Shown here piece after piece: positions 26,772-33,155 of a DNA stretch of 33,155 nt. The notes beneath the pieces are model-generated. The model was not told the origin of the DNA and ran no database searches. It was given only the letters and a program-made list of their open reading frames with translations. Each line of letters starts with the position of its first letter. Position 1 is the stretch's first letter. The DNA comes from an uncultured bacterium (GTDB lineage: Bacteria; Latescibacterota; UBA2968). The position numbers and the translations under genes are program-made. The stretch spans positions 1 to 33,155 of the forward strand of contig CAYYGZ010000016.1 of NCBI GenBank assembly GCA_964471275.1, written 5' to 3'.

Positions 26772-29309
26772 TCAGTCTCCCGTCGGAACCTCTGTTGGCG
26801 CACCAAGGTCCAGCGGCTCGGGGCAGCGGCTGAGGACTTCATTCCGCCAGGATGACGTATGTACCAGTGATGGGTCCTTCGGCAGTTGTAGTGGGAAAAG
26901 TCTGTCAACAGTGTCTGTCTTCAGCGCTCTCTCTATAACCTCGCCCCAGTAGCACCGGCGCTCGCGATTCACCTCGCACATCCCGGCCTCATCAGCGCCA
27001 CCGCAGGGACCGTTCGTCAACCGTTTGGCACACCCATCGGTCGGCTCTGGGCAAAGATACTGAAGGTCGGCAATCCGGCAGTCTCCGCACATCTCGCACC
27101 CGAGGCTGCTCGTCTTGATGGCCTGCTCGGCCAGCGTCATCATCCTGGCCGTCGCCCCTTCATTCTCGCCACCCATCAGACCTTTCATCAAGCCATAGCC
27201 GATGGTCCCATCCTCGAAGAACCGACGGTGGATCCATCCCATCATCGCGCCGGGTTTGGGGTAGGCTGATCGATCCGGTGTCTGATAAGGCCCGTCGACA
27301 AGCAGGCCATCATCTCCCTCCGGGAACAGGTAGAACGGGTTATCCGGGGCCAACTGCAGCTCACGCTTTCCATCGGCGTCGCGATATTCGGCGTAGCTTT
27401 CCCACCAATCCTGCCCCGACAGGTCCCTGTAGAGTTCCATCACCTCCAGCGCGTCTTTCAGGTCGCTGATGCCCGCCAGGTCGATACCCTGGTAGCCCAG
27501 TCCGCGCACCAGGATATCTGCCAGCAAGGCCGCTCGTCGGATGTATACCTTCCGCTCCTCCTGCGCCGTCTCGACAAAACTCAATTTCCGGAACCCGCTT
27601 CGCTCCTTCTTCGACATGAGCCGGCCGCGGTACTTCGCCTTCAGATCCTCCGGCAAAACAACGCCCGCCACGTGGATACGGTTAAGGGCGAGCACGACCT
27701 GCGGCGTGAGGACAAAAACCGTCCCGATCATCGGCACATCTGACAAGCCCATTCTGGCGGCGACGAGCTTGAGCTCCTGGAACTTCTTCACGTCAAAGCC
27801 GACCTGTGTGATGAAGTAGTCTGCCCCCGCCTGCCGTTTCTTCCAGAGCTTCAGGTATTGGCCCCAGAGATCTGACTCAAGATACTTGAATGGCGAGACT
27901 GCCGCGCCGGCAGTCAGTTCGCCTAGCGGCTGCCCCGGCCTTGGCATCAGATCCGGGAAATTCAGCCCGCGCCGCAGCGTCGAAGTCGCCATGAGAAGCG
28001 TCACCGCATCCAGGTCGAACGCGGCCCGCCCCTGCACCGGGTAGTCCCCAGTAACCGCAAAGACGTTTCGAAGTCCCTGGTTATACATGCCGAGAACGCG
28101 CCGAATGAGGCCATCTCGATCTTCACTCTTGCACGATAGATTGACGATCGGCTGCCGACCCGTGATCCGCGCGATCTCCAATCCGAGCGTATCTGGGCCC
28201 GGGGACCGATTGCCTCCCGGAGTATCAGTGACGCTCAAGGTGAAAGGTGTCTCACGAGTGGCCTCTGCCATTTCCAGGAGGCTATCGACCTTCCCTTCGG
28301 CAGGAGCCAGTTCGAGGATGAAGGCCGGGGCCGTTCCCGCCTCGAGTGTCTGGCGAAACGTATTCGGCATCGGCTGGCGATCGGGGACAGACGGTTTACT
28401 CGGATGGGCCTGGGCGAAGTCCACTAGCTTCGGTAGCACGGCGGAGCCGTCCTCAGCCGTAGCGACATCCTTGACCAGCTTGAGTATACGGGGATCCACA
28501 AGGTCCTTGCCGGTCACCTGCAACACGTCGAGCACCGCAGAGTCCAGACCGTTTTCGATCGCCACACGGAGGTAGGCTCGGTTGATGGCAAGTCGACGCG
28601 GTAGCCCATCCGAGCAGTTGGACAGACCGATGAGGACATGTACGCCCTCCATATCAGGATCCTCGCGGATCGATTTGATACCTTCGAAGGTCCGCCGGGT
28701 GTAACCGACCATGTCGGCGCCCAGCGGCCCGACGGTCGGATCCAGAAACACCTCGCCCGGTGCGAATCCGGATTCTATCGCTTTGTCGAACAGAAACTTG
28801 GCGGTCTCACGGTAGACCTCGGGTCCGGCAATATCGGTGAAGCCCATCCCACTATCCACCCGTTCGAGCAGCATGCCGATTACGGAGAACGCGAACTCTT
28901 TCCTCAACTCAAACAACTCAAGCCGGGTGATGGCAACAGAGTTGCACAGTGGCGGCGGCGCCCCGCTCCCGAGTATCTGGTAATAGTGACGCAGGCCGGT
29001 CTCGAGGATCTCCGAATCTGAACTGTCGATACACGCCGGTATCCCCGGGGCCAGCTCCCCGATCAGTTCCAGGATGTGGTCCATCAACCTGATCGTACCG
29101 TCGCGCCCGATATCGGCGTCGGTCAAAAAATCATCAACGTTGACGTCTAGGTAGTCGGCGCCGGCCACCGCCTGGTCGATCACCAGCTTTCTCAAGTGTC
29201 TCTCGCCGGCAATCTGATCCAATGCATCGCCCTGGAGCCATCTCCGGGCAGACTTCTGGACCGACGGGATGTGGCAGTGTAGCAGTTCGGCGACTCGAAT
29301 CAGACCCAT
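26772..29309 (-). CDS. Fusion: AcsE/MetH-type pterin-binding methyltransferase + MetF + MetV-like Cys-rich domain
   Basis: aa ~1-290: AGADYLDVN, CIDSS, CNSV, FLDP, GLSNCSDGLP, GLDSAVLD; aa ~320-630: SVTDTPGG, NLSCK, VTGDYP, SPFK, AGADYFITQVGFD; C-terminus CEMCGDC..CP..CAKRLTNGPCGG..CE..CYW; AGGAG RBS. Confidence 0.85.
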   Translation of the reverse strand: MGLIRVAELLHCHIPSVQKSARRWLQGDALDQIAGERHLRKLVIDQAVAGADYLDVNVDDFLTDADIGRDGTIRLMDHILELIGELAPGIPACIDSSDSEILETGLRHYYQILGSGAPPPLCNSVAITRLELFELRKEFAFSVIGMLLERVDSGMGFTDIAGPEVYRETAKFLFDKAIESGFAPGEVFLDPTVGPLGADMVGYTRRTFEGIKSIREDPDMEGVHVLIGLSNCSDGLPRRLAINRAYLRVAIENGLDSAVLDVLQVTGKDLVDPRILKLVKDVATAEDGSAVLPKLVDFAQAHPSKPSVPDRQPMPNTFRQTLEAGTAPAFILELAPAEGKVDSLLEMAEATRETPFTLSVTDTPGGNRSPGPDTLGLEIARITGRQPIVNLSCKSEDRDGLIRRVLGMYNQGLRNVFAVTGDYPVQGRAAFDLDAVTLLMATSTLRRGLNFPDLMPRPGQPLGELTAGAAVSPFKYLESDLWGQYLKLWKKRQAGADYFITQVGFDVKKFQELKLVAARMGLSDVPMIGTVFVLTPQVVLALNRIHVAGVVLPEDLKAKYRGRLMSKKERSGFRKLSFVETAQEERKVYIRRAALLADILVRGLGYQGIDLAGISDLKDALEVMELYRDLSGQDWWESYAEYRDADGKRELQLAPDNPFYLFPEGDDGLLVDGPYQTPDRSAYPKPGAMMGWIHRRFFEDGTIGYGLMKGLMGGENEGATARMMTLAEQAIKTSSLGCEMCGDCRIADLQYLCPEPTDGCAKRLTNGPCGGADEAGMCEVNRERRCYWGEVIERALKTDTVDRLFPLQLPKDPSLVHTSSWRNEVLSRCPEPLDLGAPTEVPTGD

Positions 29310-29443
29310 CTAAGATCTCCTGTCAGGTTTCTCAAAAAGTGTTGTAGCGATTGGAATACTTGTTCAGACCCCTCTCTATCGGAGTTTCCTCTGATTGGCA
29401 GTGCTGTTGTGGCCGAGCTGAGCAGTGCATTCATCCCAGGCGC

Positions 29444-29980
29444 TCACGACGCCTGGTTCTCACCGTCGCCTCCCAGCTCCTCAACCTCGACCATCATGTC
29501 ATGGGCAACGGCCTCGATATCCCGTAGAAGATCCTGAGCGGCAAGGGCGTCGGGAAGCTCCAGACGTGCGTCGGCCTTGAACAACGATTCACCCGACATC
29601 GGTGCTGCAACGCACTCGGTGGTCAGCTCTTCGACGTTCACACGATGGCGGGAAAGAACTGTCGAGACCTCTCGGACGATCCCGGGGCGGTCGCTGCTGA
29701 CCAGACTCAGCCGCACCTCGCGAAGCCGGTCACGGACGCTCTCTCCGTCCTGGGCAAATATGTGTAAACCGTTGGCCTCGAGCCCGGTCAACGCCTCGCG
29801 TAATTCCAGGGCCTGGCCCTGCGGGACGCTGACCCGTAACACACCAGCGAACTTACCAGCGAGATGAGACATTCGACTCTCCAGCCAGCTGCCGTCGTGT
29901 GCGGCGATCGTCTCCGCCAGTGATTCGACCAGACCGGGTCGGTCATCGCCGATCACGGTCAATACGAGATAGCCAGGCAT
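29444..29980 (-). CDS. gcvR: Tandem-ACT-domain protein, glycine cleavage system repressor GcvR family
   Basis: LVLTVIGDDRPGLV, WLESRMSHLAGKFAG, DRPGIVREVS, NVEELTT, APMSGESLF; GGAGG RBS before ATG 29980. Confidence 0.85.
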   Translation of the reverse strand: MPGYLVLTVIGDDRPGLVESLAETIAAHDGSWLESRMSHLAGKFAGVLRVSVPQGQALELREALTGLEANGLHIFAQDGESVRDRLREVRLSLVSSDRPGIVREVSTVLSRHRVNVEELTTECVAAPMSGESLFKADARLELPDALAAQDLLRDIEAVAHDMMVEVEELGGDGENQAS

Positions 29981-30354
29981 ACTCGGTTTCCTCCCCTCTG
30001 CTGCGTGCGGGGGCAGAATATTCACTTCTCAGCGGCGCCTGGATTGGCGTCCCCTTTGCGGCGGAAACGACCCGTGCAATGGCCCCGAAGGTCAAGCTAT
30101 TGCGCTTAAGCAAGACCTGTACCACAAGGTGGAAGCATTGCACGATCATACGTGACCAGAGCTTAATCACATTTACTGCAGTAGGTTACGCCTGTTCAAC
30201 AACAACGGAGCACGTCCCCGGCACGAGGAAAAAGGTGGGACCAGAACGTCCCAATGCCCATTCGCAACACGGCCCTGCCGGCGCAGTCAGACGATCTCAG
30301 CCAGATGCCCATAACCGATTGTGTGCCAGCGCAGGAGCAATCAGAATGTGCCGT

Positions 30355-30966
30355 TCATCGACGGATCGAAAGATCGAGTATCACTCCGGGTGAGATGATG
30401 AGTTCCGATGGCGTCGCGACAGCATCCACACGCTCATCCAGGTCATTTTGAGGGACAGCCTCGACAACTTGCCAGTTGTGAGCAAGCCCAATCTTCGGTA
30501 CGGAGAGATCACTGAGAAGTCGATCGTAGAATCCTGCTCCCATGCCGAGCCTGCAACCGGCTCGGTCGAACGCCACGCCGGGCACGATTATCAGGTCTAT
30601 GTCGGCCGATTTCGCTTCATCGCCAGATACGGGTTCACGCCCCCCCCACGAAGTTGTTTGCAGGTCATCGAGATCAGTGATGACTACGCTTCGCATCGTG
30701 CGCTCAGCCACCTGGGCCACCGGCACAAGGACTCGCTTGCCATCCTCGAAGGCGCGCTCGATAATCCAATCGGTGGTGATCTCCCCCGGCAATGCGCCGA
30801 CGTAAGTGTGAATGGTTCTGACCTCTCTCCACGTAGAGTGAGCCGTCACTCGATCAGCGATGGCACGTGACGCAGCGTGCACATCGCCAGCCGGCAGGGC
30901 CACCCGGTTCGCTCGCATGGTTCCACGTAGTCGCCGTTTCTCAATGTCAACGGGGGTATTTCCCAC
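30355..30966 (-). CDS. ygfA: 5-formyltetrahydrofolate cyclo-ligase
   Basis: EKRRLR, GKRVLVP, IDLIIVPGVAFDRAGCRLGMGAGFYDRLL, DERVDAVATP; GTG 30966 after GAGGT. Confidence 0.93.
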   Translation of the reverse strand: MGNTPVDIEKRRLRGTMRANRVALPAGDVHAASRAIADRVTAHSTWREVRTIHTYVGALPGEITTDWIIERAFEDGKRVLVPVAQVAERTMRSVVITDLDDLQTTSWGGREPVSGDEAKSADIDLIIVPGVAFDRAGCRLGMGAGFYDRLLSDLSVPKIGLAHNWQVVEAVPQNDLDERVDAVATPSELIISPGVILDLSIRR

Positions 30967-31052
30967 AATCGACCTCACTTGGGTTGCGGGAGAGTGGTAT
31001 ACACCATGAATTGGCAATCTTGAGTATTGCGAGCTTTGGGACGACTCAATTC

Positions 31053-31207
31053 TACCTGTCCGAGTCCTGCACCCACATCAGGTAAAAGCCGAGATCAGTA
31101 ATCAGGACCCAACCGCACTTCCGGCCTCCTAGACTGTCCAGTGCATTAGGGTGTTGACACTCGGAACCCGAAAAGGAATGCCCCGGTGTAACTCGGAGGA
31201 ACAGGTA
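31053..31207 (-). ncRNA. Rod-shaped structured RNA, 6S RNA candidate
   Basis: Nested pairings tacctgt/acaggta, ccgagt/actcgg, cacc/ggtg, ccgag/ctcgg, accc/gggt, gcact/agtgc over ~155 nt with internal bubbles; lies directly upstream of 5-FCL, the known ssrS-ygfA arrangement; strand inferred from synteny. Confidence 0.5.
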
Positions 31208-31273
31208 CGTGCGGGTAGCGGTTTTGATCTGATACGACGAAACATCCGACTCCAACGAATCTGAACGGTATAC

Positions 31274-31279
31274 ATTATA
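31274..31279 (-). promoter_or_regulatory. Sigma70 -10 box TATAAT
   Basis: Perfect TATAAT on the minus strand in an AT-rich intergenic patch upstream of the RNA candidate and folate cluster; -35 weak (TCGTCC). Confidence 0.35.
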
Positions 31280-31348
31280 CTGAATCACTACATCCTGGAC
31301 GATGCGGCGTCACGGCGAATTCGCCGCAGACTGCCGGATTGCCGAACC

Positions 31349-32908
31349 CTAGTAGTCGTCCAGCGCCGTTGCGTCGATACCAGGCATCGTATCCAGTTTC
31401 CAGATATCCACCTCGGCATCATTCAACTGCCGTTCTCCCGGGGTGCTCCTCCCATCGGCGACTAGCTTCTCAAGAAGTACAATCATCTCCCTGACCTTCG
31501 CCCGGTTGCTCGCCTCCAGATTGATCTGTTCACCGGGATCTGCTTCCATATCGTAGAGCTGAACAAGAGGAAGACCTTCCTCGGCTGCTTCCGCATCACT
31601 CCGAGTCCATCCCCCGGATCCCGGACACAGGACCAGTTTCCAGTTCGCCTCCCTGAGCGCGAACTTTCCTTGTAACGAATGATGGATGACGTGTGACCGA
31701 ATCGGTTCGCCGACGCCGTCGAAAAGGGGACGCCAGCTGACACTGTCCTCTCCCTCGCAATCACACAGCTCTGTCCCAACGATATCGGCACACGTCGCCA
31801 GCAAGTCTGACAGGCAGACCAGTTGGCCACATTCCGACCCAGGCTCGATCACGCCAGGCCACCTTGCGATACACGGGCTTCGATGCCCGCCATCCCAAGC
31901 ATCCGACTTGTAGCCCCGATACGGGCCGCTCGGATAGTGGCCTTGCGCTTCCATCATGTCTGTCCCGATATAGTGCGCGCATCCGTTGTCGGATGTGAAG
32001 ATAACCAGCGTATCATCAGCCAAGCCATTCTCTTCGAGGGACGAGAGTACCCGCCCGAAAACGTCATCCGTTTCCATCACAAGATCGGCGTACAGATTGT
32101 CCAGCCCGCTCTTGCCGATCCACTCCGCATTCACTGACAGCGGTGTATGCGGTGAGGTCATAGGCAGGTAGAGAAAGAAGGACTCGCCACGCGTCGCCCT
32201 GTCGGTGATGTACGCATCAGCCTTTTCCGCCCAGGTCGGGAGAAGTTGCTCGAAGTGCCAGTACAGCATGGCGGGTCCGGATGTGCTGGCCTGGTTGTTC
32301 CCGACTAATTTCGGAGGCAGGAACTCCGAAGGAATGCCAACGGTGGAATCATTCTCGATAAAGCAATACGGCGGCCAGTTCGGCACGTCCACACCGTAGT
32401 AGTAGTCGAATCCACGGGTTGTCGGCCCACCAGTTGTCGGCTTCGAGAAGGTCGCTTCCCAGAGTCTCCGCGTCTCATCGGTCACCTCGGGATTCCCCGG
32501 GTAGGGATTTGCGTTGAACCGATCCCCGTCCGGTCGAAACTCGGACGTAACCTCCAGATCCCATCCCATCCCCAGGTGCCACTTCCCGATACAGCCGGTA
32601 TGGTATCCGTGGTCTTTCAGGTGAGAGGCGACTGTCATCCGGTCCGCGTCGATCAACGGATCACCGTAGGGTCCGACGATTCCCTTCTGCAGCGACGTAC
32701 GCCAGTTGTATCTGCCAGTCAGTAACCCGTATCGTGAAGGTGAGCAGGCGGCAGAAGTCGAATGCGCGTCAGTAAAGACCATTCCCTCTCTCGCCAACCG
32801 ATCAAAGTTCGGTGTGGCAATCTTCCCGTCTGGATTGAGGCACGACACATCCCCATACCCCATATCATCCACAAAGAAGACAACGATGTTTGGGCCTTTT
32901 CTGCTCAT
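31349..32908 (-). CDS. Arylsulfatase A-like formylglycine-dependent sulfatase
   Basis: PNIVVFFVDDMGYGD, CSPSRYGLLTGRY, GKWHLG, SPHTP, FTSDNG, RGYKSDAWDGGHR, LYDMEADPGEQ; AGGAG RBS. Confidence 0.95.
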   Translation of the reverse strand: MSRKGPNIVVFFVDDMGYGDVSCLNPDGKIATPNFDRLAREGMVFTDAHSTSAACSPSRYGLLTGRYNWRTSLQKGIVGPYGDPLIDADRMTVASHLKDHGYHTGCIGKWHLGMGWDLEVTSEFRPDGDRFNANPYPGNPEVTDETRRLWEATFSKPTTGGPTTRGFDYYYGVDVPNWPPYCFIENDSTVGIPSEFLPPKLVGNNQASTSGPAMLYWHFEQLLPTWAEKADAYITDRATRGESFFLYLPMTSPHTPLSVNAEWIGKSGLDNLYADLVMETDDVFGRVLSSLEENGLADDTLVIFTSDNGCAHYIGTDMMEAQGHYPSGPYRGYKSDAWDGGHRSPCIARWPGVIEPGSECGQLVCLSDLLATCADIVGTELCDCEGEDSVSWRPLFDGVGEPIRSHVIHHSLQGKFALREANWKLVLCPGSGGWTRSDAEAAEEGLPLVQLYDMEADPGEQINLEASNRAKVREMIVLLEKLVADGRSTPGERQLNDAEVDIWKLDTMPGIDATALDDY

Positions 32909-33155
32909 TCTCTGCTCTCCTGCCGCAATTCTCCCGCAGCCTGGATTTCCTGATCGATGCTACCGGGCCGAAGTTATGGTGTGTCTGTATGCTTCTGCGC
33001 ATATCTCTTCCGCTTCTGGATGGGCTCGGCCCAAAGGTCACCAGTCACTTCGCATTCAGTCAACCATCACCGTGACTGGCTCACTGCAACTCCTGCTGAT
33101 CTGCCTCGCCAATAGGGCCAGCTAGAGTTCCGTCCGCTTCTCAACCTTGCACTCG

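Noticed and set aside
24873..29309. Complete Wood-Ljungdahl (acetogenesis) cluster
   Set aside because: No CODH/ACS, CoFeSP or FolD in the window
29310..29443. ZTP (pfl) or THF riboswitch upstream of the fusion gene
   Set aside because: A minus-strand CGCCTGGG is present at ~29435-29442, but the 5' GACTGGCG half is absent and would fall inside the gcvR CDS
32909..33155. Possible gene end (ECKVEKRTEL*) on the minus strand and a ccagtcac/gtgactgg hairpin
   Set aside because: Too short and truncated by the window edge to support a call
1..33155. CRISPR arrays, tRNA/rRNA genes, transposases, integrases
   Set aside because: No regularly spaced repeats, cloverleaf or rRNA signatures, or mobile-element motifs seen

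Overview
GC-rich bacterial scaffold, probably a MAG (10-N gap at 15483-15492). Its gene content resembles marine Latescibacterota/Poribacteria-like heterotrophs, but that is inference only. Left half: the 3' end of an Opp/Dpp-type ABC operon; an oppositely oriented QueG/RdhA-like cobalamin Fe-S gene and a small membrane-protein gene; then five tandem, highly divergent URO-D/MtaA/CmuA-superfamily genes plus a decayed paralog, a sulfatase and a Gfo/Idh/MocA oxidoreductase. Right half, all minus strand, in transcription order: arylsulfatase, a 6S-like structured RNA candidate, 5-formyl-THF cyclo-ligase, GcvR-like ACT protein, an unusual AcsE-like pterin methyltransferase-MetF-MetV fusion, fhs, YitJ-type Hcy methyltransferase-MetF fusion, family-5 SBP, PhoD, CxAxR sulfatase, a sixth intact URO-D-like gene, and recQ (broken at the gap). 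Best hypothesis: a corrinoid-dependent demethylation or methyl-scavenging system for imported methylated/sulfated organics, coupled to a fused folate methyl branch. No stand-alone corrinoid protein or activase is visible in the window.
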